Source: Malassezia furfur
Taxonomy: Eukaryota
Strand: one strand, 5' to 3'
DNA: 64,000 nt
Assembly (NCBI GenBank): GCA_052055015.1
Contig: JBQJIT010000009.1
Every line of letters starts with the position of its first letter. Position 1 is the stretch's first letter. The notes below the pieces were generated by a model that was not told the DNA's origin, made no database searches, and worked only from the letters and a program-made list of their open reading frames with translations. Shown in pieces: positions 46,286 through 58,472 of this stretch. A program made the position numbers and the translations under genes.

Positions 46286-49200
46286 ATGGCGAAGCGGCGC
46301 GCGGCGTCCGCGCGCGAAGACGACGGCGACGCAGAGGACGCGGCGCGCGAGGATTTGGAGCTGTTTGTACGTGGAACACTGACGCAGTCCAAACGCGCGC
46401 GTATCGCCACACCGTCGGACGATGAGGCAGACGCGTCGGGCCCCGAGCGCGTGTTGGACGCACGCGGCGGGTCGACCGAGCGCGACGCGTCGCCTGCAGA
46501 GGAGGAGGAAGGGGGCGCTACGAACGGGATAGAGGGTGAGGAATCTCCCGCGACACCATTGTCGCCCGTGCTGCGCGGTGCACCTGCATCGGAGTCGATG
46601 GGCGTTATTGAGCGGGTGGATATGATCAACTTCATGTGCCACCGCAACCTAAGCATTGCGCTGGGCCCCCGCATCAACTTTATCATTGGACACAATGGGA
46701 GCGGCAAGAGTGCGATCCTCACTGCCATCACGATTGCGCTCGGCGGCAAGGCAAGCACGACGAGTCGCGGGAGCAGCATCAAGGACTTTGTGCGTGAAGG
46801 CGCGAGCGCTGCCGAGGTGCGGGTGCACCTGAGCAACCGTGGGCGCGACGCCTTCCGCCCTGACACCTATGGGGATACGATCACTGTTGAGCGGCGCATC
46901 CATGCGGACGGCAACGGCGCGTGGAAGATTCGCGGCGCACACGGCAAGACGGTGTCGACGAAGCGCGAGGAGCTCGATGCAATCTGCGACCACGCCAACA
47001 TCCAGGTGGACAACCCGATGAACATCCTGACGCAGGATGCCGCGCGCCAGTTTCTAGGCAGTGCCCAGCCCGAGGACAAGTACAGCTTCTTTCTGCGCGG
47101 CACGCAACTGACGCAGCTCGCGCAAGAATACGAGCTGATTCAGACCAACATCCAGCGCATGAAGCGCGCCATGGTCACCACCGAGGAGCTGCTGCCGGAC
47201 CTCGAGCGCGAGGCGCGCGAGGCCAATGCCAAATGGCAGCTTGTCGAGCAGGCGCGCGCCGAGCAAGAGAAGCTGAACAGCCTCAAGGACGAGCTGGTGT
47301 GGAGCCAGGTGATTGCCAAAGAGACCGAGCTCGCCGACGCCGTCGAGGCGCTTGTGCGCGCGCGTGCGAAGCTCGACGCGCTGCAGCGCAAGTGCGAGGC
47401 GGACCGCGAGCGCGGTGCGGCGCTCGACGCGCAGATCGCTGCGCTCGAGCAACGCAATGGCGAGTGCAACGAGCGCGAGCGCACGCTCGGCGAGCAGCGC
47501 GCGGCTGAGGTGCAGGCGATGAAAACCTTCCGTGCGGAGCTGGCCTCGATCAAGGCGCAGGAGCGCGACGTGAGCCAGCAGGCCGACCGTGTGCAGCACA
47601 CCATCCGCCACTTCCAGGCGCAGATCGACGCCGAGGCGCGCAAGTTGGCGCGCGATCACCGCGCGGTGCGCGACGAGCAGGCGGCGCGGCGCGATGCGCT
47701 CAACCAGGAGCGACTCGACAACGAGATGGCCCAGGTCGCGGCCACCGAGCAGATCGACACGCTGCGTGCGCAGCAGGACGCGGAGCGCGACGAGCGTGCA
47801 CAGCATGCCGCAGAGCGCAACACGCTCGAGGAGAAGCTTGCGCACCTGGAGCAGTTTGTGCGCCGCTGCGAGGACGCCGCGGCGAACCGCGTCACGGCGT
47901 TCGGTGGGCGAGGCATGCCGCAGGTGCTCGCCGACATTGCGCGCGAGACGCGCTGGCGGCAGCCGCCTGTTGGGCCGCTCGGCATGCACATGCGCCTGCG
48001 CGACGCGCGATGGGCGCCCGTGGTCGAGGCGGTGCTGAACGACGCGCTGAACGCGTTCTGCGTCACGAACCACGCCGACCGTGCGCTGCTGACGCGCATC
48101 CTGCAGCAGCACCAGGTGCGTTTGCAAATTTTCACCGCGGCGCCCGATCTCTTTGACTATGCGCATGGCGAGCCCAGCGCCGAGATCCTCACGGTGCTGC
48201 GTGCGCTCGAGATTGACGACCCCTACATTACGCGTGCACTGATCACCAGCGCCGACATTGAAAAGAGCGCACTGGTGCGCGAGCGTGCGCAGGGCGACCG
48301 GCTGATGCGTGCGGCACCCGCCAACGTTCTGCGTTGCTTTTCGATGGACTTGTTCCGCATCACGGGCGGGCCGACGGGCAGCTCGACGCAGACCCTCAAC
48401 GCGGCGCCCGGCGTGCCACGCTTTGCCACGGACACGCGCGCGCAGGTCGCTGAGGCGCAGGACACGATGCGCACCTACCGTGCGGACCTCGCCCGCGTGC
48501 AAGACACGCTGCGTGCGCACGCGGAGCGGCAGGAGCGCACACAGCGCGAGCTGCGGCGCGCCGAGCAGTCGCTGGCCGAGCTGAAGCAGGCGCACCGCGC
48601 GCTGCGCCAGCAGATCGCACGCGTCGAGGACGAGATGCGTGAAGACGAGCCGGCGAACGTCGCGGCGCTCGAGGAGGCGCGCAACGACGCCGAGGAAGAG
48701 ATGGCGCGCATTGTCGAGCAGTTCAAGTCGCTCGAGAACCGCAAGGAGGCGCAGCAGGAGGCGCTTGCGCCGCATGCCGAGCGTGCGGAGCAGCTGCGCG
48801 AACAGGTCGAGATTCTCGCGTCGGAGCGCAATACGATTCAGGACGAGTTACAGACCATCTTCTCTGAGCGCGTGCGCCTGCGCAAGAACGAAGAGTACTG
48901 GACGGCACAGATCACCGCGCAGACGGAGCTGATCGCCTCGACGGAGCGCAACGAGGCCACCCTTTCGCAGCAGGTCGACGAGTGGACCGCCCAGGCGACC
49001 GAGTACTGTCCACGTGTCGAGACGCGGCGTACGCCTGCGTGGCTCGAACGGCAGATCAACACGATCGAGGCACAGCTCGCTGAGGCCGACCGCCACGCGG
49101 GTCTGCAGCTCGAGACGGTGGTGCGCGAGCTGCGTGCCAAGAACAAGGCATTCCAGGAGGCGAAGCAGTACCTCGACAGCACGCGCGCGACGATTGCCGT

Positions 49201-49720
49201 GCTGGACCGCGCGATCCACGTCCGCCTCGACAAGTGGCACTACTTTCGTCGGCACGTGGCGATCCGCGCACGTACCAACTTTGCGCTGCACCTGCAGAAC
49301 CGCGGGTTTGCCGGCTCGCTGCACTTTGATCACAATGCACAGACACTCAAGCTGCGCGTGCAGACGAACGATGCCTCGCGCGGGCACGACAAGGACCCCA
49401 AGGCACTGTCCGGCGGCGAAAAGAGCTTCGCGACCATCTGTTTGCTGCTCGCACTGTGGGAGGCAATCGGGTGTCCGATTCGGTGCCTCGACGAGTTTGA
49501 CGTGTTTATGGACGCGGTCAACCGCAAGGTGTCAATGAAGATGATTGTACGTGCCCATCCTCACCCAGATCGACGCGGCCAAGGCACCGCAAGGCGTGCA
49601 GTACGTGCTGATCACGCCGCAGAACATGACGAGCGCCGTGCTCGGACCGTACGTGGTGCCCACTGACCCCGCAGCGACGTCCAGGTCCACCGCATGCGCG
49701 ACCCCGAGCGGTCTACGTAG
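46286..49720 (+). CDS. SMC6: Structural maintenance of chromosomes protein 6
   Basis: NFMCH, GHNGSGKS, hinge PVGPLG, LSGGEKSF and LDEFDVFMD. Introns 46367-46387, 49547-49568, 49649-49674. Confidence 0.95.
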
Positions 49721-51088
49721 CTATGTTGGCATCGCCAGCGCCCCCGTGAGCCGCTGCGTGCGGAGCTTGACGAGGGCCATGAGTGTGTCGTTGATCGGCG
49801 TCGGGATCCCATAGGTCCGCCCGAGCTCCGACAGATACCCGTTGATGTAGTCGATCTCGGTCGAGCCTCGCCGCGCCTGCACGTCCTGGTGCATGCTGCT
49901 CCAGTTGGGCGCCGTCGCCTGGATCACATTTTCTACCTCGCGCAGCATCGAGGCGGGGCGAAGCGATGCGTCCAGCAGCGGCAAACCCTCGGCGTCTGTC
50001 TGTGTGAGCAGGTCCTGCAGCGGCAGCGCGCTAAGCATCGCGACGTCGGCATCGCTCGCGTTGGCATGCGCGCGGGCGTCGCGTGCGCGAGCCTCGAGCA
50101 CCTGGCTCGCCTCGGTGCACAGCGCGCCAAACAGCTCGCTCGCGGTCGCCTGGCCAAACAGCGCGCCATTACGGCAGTCGACGAGCGCGGTCGTCGGGTT
50201 GATGCACGCGTTGATGATCAGCTTGCGAAGCGCCCGCAGCTGAAACTGCCGGATGGGCTCCCAATGCACATCCAGGGGCAGGGCGAGCAGTAGCGCGACC
50301 GTTTCGCGCAGTGTGCGCGTTTCAGGCTGATCGGGAATCGCGGAGACATCCAGCGACACCGGTGCGCCATCGTCCGCGTACAGTGCGCGCTCAAAGCCGT
50401 GTGTGCTGCCGCGCGCGCTCGGCAGGATGCCGAAGTGGATCGCGCCAAAGGCGGCGTGCACCGTGTGCAGGGGGCGTTTCAGAAAGCAGCCGTGCGTCGC
50501 GCTGGCAAGGATTAAATTGGGCCGCGACTTGGGCGTGCGCCAGTACTGCTCGAGAAGCGCGTCGAGCACGCCCATCCCATTCTGCACCAGAACGACGGTG
50601 GTCGCGGGTGTGATGCGGGGTAGGAAGCGACGCAGCGCCGAGAGCGTCGCGTCCGCCTTGGTCGCGACAATCAGGCAGTCGATTGGTGTCTTGGCGTCGT
50701 GGGCAGGCGCGTCCTGCAGCCCGCCGTGAGCGTCGGGCATAAGCACGCGCGTCGGCGCCTGCGCGGCCGCAGACATGAATTCGACACGGTAGCCCGAGGT
50801 CTGCATGCGCGCGCCGTCGCGCTCGACAATCACCTGGCTGCCGAGTGCCGGCTTACTGGATGGTGACGGACGGTGTCGTTCGCGCAGGTGCAGCGTGATG
50901 CCGGAGCGCTCTGGATGTGGCAGGAACCGGCGCACATCGTACGGCACGCTCAGCCGTGGGAGCGACGGCATGCGCACAAACTTTTTGAGTCGCGTCGCGT
51001 CGGCCATCTCACGCGTCGCCATGAGCGAGCGCAGGTGGCCCGCGAGCAGCGACCCGATCGCGCCGACGCCGAGCACATGCACCTGCAT
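49721..51088 (-). CDS. 2-dehydropantoate 2-reductase (PanE/ApbA family)
   Basis: MQVHVLGVGAIGSLLA, VQNGMG, KLIINACINP, SSMHQDV and TEIDYING motifs. Confidence 0.9.
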   Translation of the reverse strand: MQVHVLGVGAIGSLLAGHLRSLMATREMADATRLKKFVRMPSLPRLSVPYDVRRFLPHPERSGITLHLRERHRPSPSSKPALGSQVIVERDGARMQTSGYRVEFMSAAAQAPTRVLMPDAHGGLQDAPAHDAKTPIDCLIVATKADATLSALRRFLPRITPATTVVLVQNGMGVLDALLEQYWRTPKSRPNLILASATHGCFLKRPLHTVHAAFGAIHFGILPSARGSTHGFERALYADDGAPVSLDVSAIPDQPETRTLRETVALLLALPLDVHWEPIRQFQLRALRKLIINACINPTTALVDCRNGALFGQATASELFGALCTEASQVLEARARDARAHANASDADVAMLSALPLQDLLTQTDAEGLPLLDASLRPASMLREVENVIQATAPNWSSMHQDVQARRGSTEIDYINGYLSELGRTYGIPTPINDTLMALVKLRTQRLTGALAMPT

Positions 51089-51154
51089 CCCGCTCAGCGT
51101 TGTCCCACGCGAAGACGTGTGCTGACTCAGCTGCACGACGCTCCACGACGCACC

Positions 51155-53376
51155 ATGGCGAGGGCCGTGCGCATCGTCGGCCTGGCGCTTCTGGCGCTGT
51201 TCGCGCACGGCGTGTGCGCGGACGACGACCGCGAGGTGCTTGAGCGCGCGCGTGCACGGATCGCGCGCGAGCGCACCGAGGTGCACGGATGGCTCACGCA
51301 CAATGCCACCGAGCAGGGCAACTGGACCTGGGTACGTTGCGCCGCTTACACAGATGCACGACGACGACACGGCACTCGCGGCACCACTGCACGACATCTA
51401 TGCGCCATTTGATGGTGACTACGTGTTTCCGCGTAACGTGAGCGGGTTCTTTGACGGGAATTTTAGTACACATACCTACGCAGCGCGCGACGCCAACGAG
51501 ACGCGCGTGGCACGCGACCGGGGCGCGCTCGACTGGTCCGCCAAGAAAACGCGTCTCGAGGCGCAGCTGTATGAGCGAGATGTACAGCGCACCAATGTGT
51601 CGCAAGTGTGGGGCTCGATCGTTGTCACTCTGCCACGCAACACGAGCCAGAGCCGTGTCGGAATCGAGCTCGACGTGAACGGCGTGCTGGTGCCCCGCAC
51701 GGGACGCTTGTACGTCGTTGCGATGCCGCGCACCTCGCCACGCATCCTCGACATCCGCGAGGTCTTGGCGATGGTACCGCTCAACGACACACAGCTCGTC
51801 AACGATACTTACACGACGGTGGTGCACGACATGGACGACCGCCTCGCGCGGATCGACGCGATGCTTGCGCACCACGAGCCACTCGCGCCGTCCGACGCGC
51901 CAAGCGCCGAGGGTGCCAACAACTGTTCGATGCATCTCTACGGGCAGCTTGCGCCGCTCGGCACGCGCGCGGACGAAGCGGCGCTGCGCCTGCGTGAGGA
52001 CCAACTCGCGCACCCCAACGGCATCGTGACGCGGCGGATCCCGCCGATGCATCTTGCGGTCGTCGGCGTATCGGATACATGCGGGCTGCGCATTGGCGCG
52101 TCCGCTCTCGAAGGCATTGCGATGCGCCAATTTTGGGACGATACGCGGTGGTACCTGCTTGGGATGATGGGCATCGTCCTGGTCCAGCTCGTGCTGATGA
52201 TGCGCATGAGCGAGCGCGTGCGCACCGAGAGCGCCATTGCCAAGGTGTCGGGCGTGTCGTTCTTTATCCAGACCATGTATGACGCACACGTGTGCCTGGC
52301 GCACCTGATTGTGGGCGCGTCACTGAACAGCTCGCTGAGCCTTGGCATGGTACGTGGACAACTGACGCCAGTTTGCGGTGGCGTTCCTCGCGGGGGTGCT
52401 GTTCCTTGCGTACGAGTATCCGCTAGTGGTGACCGTGCTGCGGCAGTCGGTGCAGTCGGCACCGCCGCCGCCGCCGCCGCCAGCGCCGGCGCCGGTGCCG
52501 GAGGTGGATACGGCGCCCGGTGAGGCGCCGTCCCCGGGACTGGCCGCCGACCCCCGCACTGCATGGTCGGCGCGCCTTGCGGCCGTGCGTGGTGCCGTGG
52601 CCGACACCGCGCGCGATATGCCGCGCGTCTCTGCCTCGCTCGTCGTGACGCTCGTGGCGTTTGTGATCTCGATTGTGATGCCGAGTTTGCTGGCGCTGCT
52701 GCTGATCCCCGTGCTGTTCTCGTTTTGGGTGCCGCAGATCGTGCACAATGCGCGTGTGCGCGCGTCGGGCGTGCGTGCGTCGACGGCGATCGGCATGACA
52801 CTCACGCGCTTCTACCTACCGCTGTGTACGTGTGAGACTGACGCAGACCTGTTCTGGTACCCCCACAACCTGCTGTTCTTTGAGCGCACGCGCGTCGTGT
52901 GGCTGCCCATCGTGTGGCTGATGGTGCAGATGCTCGTGCTTGTTGGGCAGGATACGTTTGGCCCGCTCTTTTTCGTGCCGCGCGCCTGGCGCGAGCATGA
53001 GGCGCAGTGGGACTGGCACCCGACGCCCGAGGCGCTGCATCGCCTGCTGCGCGACGCGGACGACGTCGAGGTGCCGGCGGTGCGTGATGCACGCGACGTG
53101 CCGCTCGGCGACTGCCCCGTGTGCCTTGCGCCGAACACGTGGGAGACCGAGGAGACCGACGACGCCGAGGACGCACGCCTGCTTGGCGGCGCGTCGGCGC
53201 GCAGCGCATGGTGGCCCTGGGCGCGGCGGCGTGCGGCCCGCAGCAATGTGATGGTCACGCCGTGCAAGCACATCTTCCACACGGCGTGCCTGGAGCCGTG
53301 GATGAGCATTCGGCACGTGTGCCCCGGCTGCCGGCTGCCGCTGCCGCCGTACGAGGAAGGGGGGCGTCGTGAGTAG
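51155..53376 (+). CDS. TUL1: Tul1/Dsc1-like transmembrane RING E3 ubiquitin ligase
   Basis: Signal peptide, lumenal domain, TMs with SFWVPQI, and RING CPVC..VTPCKHIFHTACLEPW..CPGCR. Introns 51332-51353, 52350-52371, 52826-52846. Confidence 0.85.
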
Positions 53377-53398
53377 TATCCTACAGGGCACCGAAGCG

Positions 53399-56300
53399 CT
53401 ACGGACCGAGCGAGCCCATCGGCCCGTACGTGTCGAAGTTGGGCACCGTCGGCGGGGCATTTTGCTGGTTGGTCGCGTTGGTATAGTAGGTGCTGTTGGG
53501 CATCGGCATCACGTTGGGCGGACGCACCGCGCCGCCCGGCCCCACGCCCGAGCGGTCGCCCGTGTTGCTCGCCTGGTACTTGGGGCACGCATTGTTTGTC
53601 GCCATGTGGCCGACCATGCCGCAGCGGCCGCAGCGGCGCTTGGTGTTGGTCTTGTTGGGCATGTTCTTGTAGCCGCCAATGAGGCCCTCGGCGGCGGCCT
53701 TGGCGTTCTTGCGCTGCAGACGGCGGCCCTGGTTCTTGACGAGGGCCGCAATGTCGTCCTCGAGGCGCTTCTTGCGCAGCGCATCGAGCGCCGCATCGCC
53801 GGTCGGCACGAGCGACTCGGTCATGATGCTTTGCTCCTCGATCTCCTTGCGCTGCTTGACGTACGCATTGACCACCGCGGGGTTGCGCACAATGTGCTTG
53901 TACCACACGCCGTTGATCAGGCGCTTCACAAGCAGCGGCTTGGACGACTTTTGCTCGGCGAGCTTGTGCCGCCGCTCCTCTTCGCGCCACTCGTGCTCCT
54001 CGCGCGCGGTGATCTCCGGCGGGACGGGGTTCGACAGCGCGGCGAGCTGCGCCTTCCAGATGCGCGCAATCTCCGAGCGGTAGATGGCCTGCTGTTCCGC
54101 GACGTTGTACCGGTGGCCCGACTTGGCGCGCGCCTCGGCCTCGGCCGCCAGACGCTCGTCGACGTCTTCGCCGGCGCGCAGGAAAATCTCTTTCATGGAC
54201 ACGCGCACAAAGCTGAAGGCCTCGCCGCGCCCACTGGGGTCGCCGTCGCCGTGCAGCTTGAGCATGGCCTTGCCCTGCGTCGCGTGCAAAAAGTTTTTGC
54301 TTGTGATCCACGGCGCAAGGAGCTGCTCAATGTCCATCTTGGTCTCGTCGCTGTCGTCGTCGTGGCCCTCGGCGGTCTTGGTGAAGCCCGCGTCGAGCAG
54401 GTGGCGCTGGCCCACCTGCATGCCCTCGACGAGACAGATGTGCTCCGGCGTGAGCAGCTTTTGCAGCTCGGCCTCGTCCGGAATCGGCACGTTGGGCTTG
54501 AGCCGCCAAAAGCCCTGGTGCTTGTCGCCCGACTTGCGGTGGAACACCATGAATTCCTGGGTGAGTCAACACGACGTACGTTCAAACGCTGGCGCATCTG
54601 CAGCTCGTTGTGGTCGGGGAAATACTTCATCACGCGGTGGATCTTGATGCGGTGCGCAGCGCTCTTCTCCAGCAGCTTGTACGTGATCATCCGCAGGCGG
54701 TGCTTGACGTTGTTCGTCACCAGGCGCGCGTGCGGACCGGGGATCGGTGTCGTGGGGTACGTCTGGCCCACGGTAAACAGGTAGGGAATGTCGCGGATGT
54801 AGTAGCGCACGTCGTTCTTGGTCGTGCTCCGGATGAACAAGAAGTCGTTCGACTGGGGCTTGTGCCGGAAAAGCGGCGCGCGCGTCATGTTGTTGTACAG
54901 CACCGGCTGCGTCTGCCCCGGCTCGACGCTGCCAAACTTCATAAAGGGCGACTCGTCGGTGATGTCCAGGACGAACGCCTCGCCGAGCTCCGCGCGGGGG
55001 ATGTGGTCGTCCTTGCTGTCCTTCTTGCGGTAGTAGTTGACCAGCAGCGAACCCATGCCCAGGTTCGACAGAAGCGGAGGGTACTCTTCCGAGTACTCAC
55101 ACAGCACAAAGTTGCTCGCGTCCTTGAGCGTGAGGTCGCGCGTGCTGTGCAGCACCTCGCTCGGATCCTTGGACTTGCGCTCGCCGTCCTTTTTGCGCGC
55201 CGAATGCACCTTGGAGAAGTGGATCGGCATGTTGGACGGGAACTGGATCATGGGCCGGTGCCACGAGCGCGTCTCGTTCTTGGCGAGGCGCATCTTGTAG
55301 AACGGCAGCTGCAGCTTGATCGCTGGCCACGCGTGGCGCACCACGAGCTGCCCAAGCGTCTGCCGTACGCGGTGGCGGTGCTCCTTGCTCAGCTCGTACA
55401 TCCGGTCGTTCGACAGGTTGAACGGGTCAAGCTCACCCGTGTACTTGCTCGACTTGAACAGGTTTGGCGGCGCATCCGCACGCAGCAGCGACACCTGCTT
55501 CTCCTCTTGGACCTGCTCGTTCTCCAGGATCATCTCGGCATCATTCATGTCCATGATCAGCCGGTCAAACGGACGGAACCGCGACACGGGGTTCCAAATG
55601 ATGCTCTCGAAAAAGTACTGCCCGTTGGCCAGCTCCACGTTGCGGGGGCGGCTCACGTCCTCCAGCCGGGGGATGTGCTCGTCGACGAGCGGCGGCGCGG
55701 CATGCGCGCGTTGCGGATTGTAGGGCACAATGCGCCGCTCCCAGTCGTCCACCTCGACGTTGTTCACCACACGCCCGGGGCGCTCGTGCGCGCGGTCTGT
55801 GTGGTCGTCATCAAACTGCACCGCACACCGCTCTAGCGTCTCGCGCGCACGACCCGTCTCAAAGCACGAACGCGCGAGCCGCGCAGCAAGCGGCGGCGCA
55901 GCGGGCGCCGCAGGTGCCGCGTGACGGCTCACGAGCTGGTCGTGCCCACTCGGCGGCGCTGCAGTCAGCACGCCCGGCGCCGCGTGCACCTCGGGCAGCT
56001 TGCCGAGCAGCCGCCGCCGCTTCTGCGAGGGCGTCACAAACAGCTCAGTGTAGTCCAGCACCTTGCCCGGCGCAAAGTCGGGGAACAGGCGCCGCGCCTC
56101 TTCGCGCGGCGACAGCACGGGCGACTTGGGGCGCGGAATGGCCTCCGTGGCCTCGGGCGCAGGCGTGGGCGCCGCGGCAGCGGCCGGGGGTGCCGGCGCT
56201 ACCTCCTCCTCCTCCTCGTCCGCAAAGTCGTCGTCCTCGCCGCGGATCTTGTGCGCCATGTGCCGCAGCGGGCGCGCACTCGGCGCCGCAGGGCGTGCGG

Positions 56301-56535
56301 GCTCGTCCGTCTCCGACGCCGCCTCCTCATCTGGCGCTTCGTCCGCGCCGTCGTCCTCAAAGTCGTCGCGGTAGATCTCGTCTTTTTTCAAGACTTGTGC
56401 ACTCGCATCTTTTTTGCCACCCAGACCGATGCGGCGCAGGTCGGATTCACCCCCTACGACACCCAGATCCTCGAGGACTTGCCCTAGGGCAAGCCCCTCG
56501 AGGTGCGACACGGTGTCGTCGTGCTCCGCGTCCAT
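53399..56535 (-). CDS. TAF1: TFIID subunit 1
   Basis: DPFNLSNDR, EYSEEYPPLLSNLGMGS, LHGDGDPSGRGEAFSF and the zinc knuckle CGRCGMVGHM..C. 23-nt intron at 54557-54579. Confidence 0.95.
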
Positions 56536-56564
56536 CGCAATGGTGGCGGCGGAACGGCGTCTGT

Positions 56565-56574
56565 GCCACGTGGC
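56565..56574. promoter_or_regulatory. Palindromic GCCACGTGGC upstream of TAF1; same 10-mer upstream of SEC5 (22955-22964)
   Basis: Identical palindrome about 25-30 bp upstream of two ATGs, each in a 38-50 bp tandem gap. Confidence 0.5.
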
Positions 56575-57631
56575 TATATACGGAACAGGCGCGCCGCGTT
56601 GCGGAGCGCGTGCTCGGCGAGCTCGGCGAGGCGCACGTTGTGCACGCGCGCGACCACGGCGGCCACCTCGCCGATGCAGCACGGCTCGTTGCGGCCTTTT
56701 ACAGCACTCGTAGCATTCCAGCGCTCAGGCTTGGCGCGCGGCGGCGAGTACAGCGCGGCAAGCTGCGGCTCCTCGCGCCGGAACTGCTCCAAGAGCGGCG
56801 CCGAGGCATGCGTCGTACGCAGGTCGCACCACGGTGCGTCTGGGATGAGCACGTCACGTACCAGTCTCAAGCATGATGCGGTGTAGCGGGATCTGTCGCA
56901 CCACCTCGAGGTTTTCGGCGGTCTTGAGCGAGCAGCCATTCACGCCGACAAACAGGCCGAGCGACAGCAGTTCGCGCAGCTCGTCGGCCGTGCCGGTGTA
57001 GCTGTGCACCACGCCGACGCACCCGGGCTCATCAGCGTTTGGCTCGCTTGTAGTCCCAGCGTTGCGGCGCAACGCCGCCAGGTGGGGGCGCAGCACCTGC
57101 ACAAAGTCGGCATGCGCCGCGCGCGAATGCAGAAAGAGCGGCAGGCGCGTCGTCTCAGCGAGCGCCAACTGCGCGTCAAACGCGGCTTTTTGGGCATCTG
57201 CCGGGGCAAAATGCAGCCGATCGTAGTCTGTGTAAGGCCGCACACGTACCCAGTCCACACTCGCCGATCGCCACGATCCGTCCGTCGTTCGTCCCGAGAC
57301 GGTGTGCGTCAACGAGCGCCTGCAGCGCTGCCATGTACGCGGATGAGCCGCCCTCGTGCGATGTCACTTCGGTGCTCCGCGTAGGATGGCATCCTGCCGT
57401 AGCGTACAGGTTCGGCCGCAGCTGCGTGAGGCGCAGCACCTCGTTCGTCTCGGCAAGCGAGCCGGCCGTGATGATCTGTGCCCGCACGCCGGCACGCTCG
57501 GCACGGTCCAGCACATGAGCAAGGTCATCAGGATGCTTTTCCTTGTCGTGGTATACGCCGCGGAACATGGGGTCGCCCAAGTTCACGGCGATCTCGACAT
57601 ACGCCGGCACGGGCGCCGGCGCTTCGGCCAT
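56574..57631 (-). CDS. TatD-family DNase
   Basis: GCHPT, AIGECGLDYDRLHF, LFLHSR, VVHSYTG, LETDAPW and KGRNEPC. Introns 57228-57249 and 56840-56861. Confidence 0.93.
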
Positions 57632-57682
57632 CTTGGTCCAAGCGAACGCTGCCTCCACCTACTGCCCCGCATCTCCCCCACC

Positions 57683-58348
57683 ATGCCGAACCGCGTGCAG
57701 CTCTACTTTGACTGTGTGTCGCCCTGGTCGTACATTGCATTCCACGCACTGCGGCGCTACCGCAAGGCGTGGGACATGGAGGTTGAGTATTTTCCGCGCA
57801 GCCTTGCCTACATCATGAAGTTTGCCGAGAACCGCCCGCCCGTGGCCGTCGCCAACAAGGGCGCGCATATGATGCATGAGCTGCGCGTCGCGAGTCGTAT
57901 GTACAATGTGCCCGTACAAATGCCGAGCAGCTTCCCATTTGAGACCTTTGCGCTGATGGGCTTTTTGCACAAAGTCAAGGAACAATACCCTGAGAAGCTG
58001 GAGCACCTCGTGGAGCAGAGCTTCACGACCATCTGGCGCGACGGACGCCCGTTGCAAACCGCCGACCAGATTCGTGCTATGGCCGCACAGTCTTTTGCGG
58101 AGAACGAGTCGGCGCTCGCAGAATTGCTGGAGTACGCGACGTCGCGCGACGCACGCCGCGCGCTGAGTGCCGCGAGTCAACAGCTCGTTGAAGCAGGTGC
58201 ATTTGGCTTCCCCTGGATCGTTGCGTCGCGCGCGAGCGACGGCGAGGAGATGCCCGTGTTTGGTGTGGATCACCTCGAGGTGCTGGCTGCCTTTTTCCAC
58301 AAGGCGTACCTCGGTCCCCAGGCCGACGGCCAGACGCCGCGCCTGTGA
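57683..58348 (+). CDS. Kappa-class glutathione S-transferase / HCCA isomerase (DsbA-like fold)
   Basis: LYFDCVSPWSY, GAFGFPWI and FGVDHLE motifs. Ends in PRL. Confidence 0.9.
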   Translation: MPNRVQLYFDCVSPWSYIAFHALRRYRKAWDMEVEYFPRSLAYIMKFAENRPPVAVANKGAHMMHELRVASRMYNVPVQMPSSFPFETFALMGFLHKVKEQYPEKLEHLVEQSFTTIWRDGRPLQTADQIRAMAAQSFAENESALAELLEYATSRDARRALSAASQQLVEAGAFGFPWIVASRASDGEEMPVFGVDHLEVLAAFFHKAYLGPQADGQTPRL

Positions 58349-58472
58349 GCGCGCTGCGCCGCGTTCGTAAAGTAAAAAAGACTGTATTCAAATACTATTT
58401 AGCAAAGAAGTGGGACAAAAGGGGAAGGATGCAAGAAAAGCGCAGCTCCGAACCGGTCGTGTGGTGTGTCGC

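Noticed and set aside
53399..56535. TAF1 lacking bromodomains
   Set aside because: Normal for fungal Taf1.
14138..58348. Glutathione-related gene cluster (GSH2, ABCC, GPX, kappa GST)
   Set aside because: Spread over 44 kb among unrelated housekeeping genes. No evidence of clustering beyond chance.
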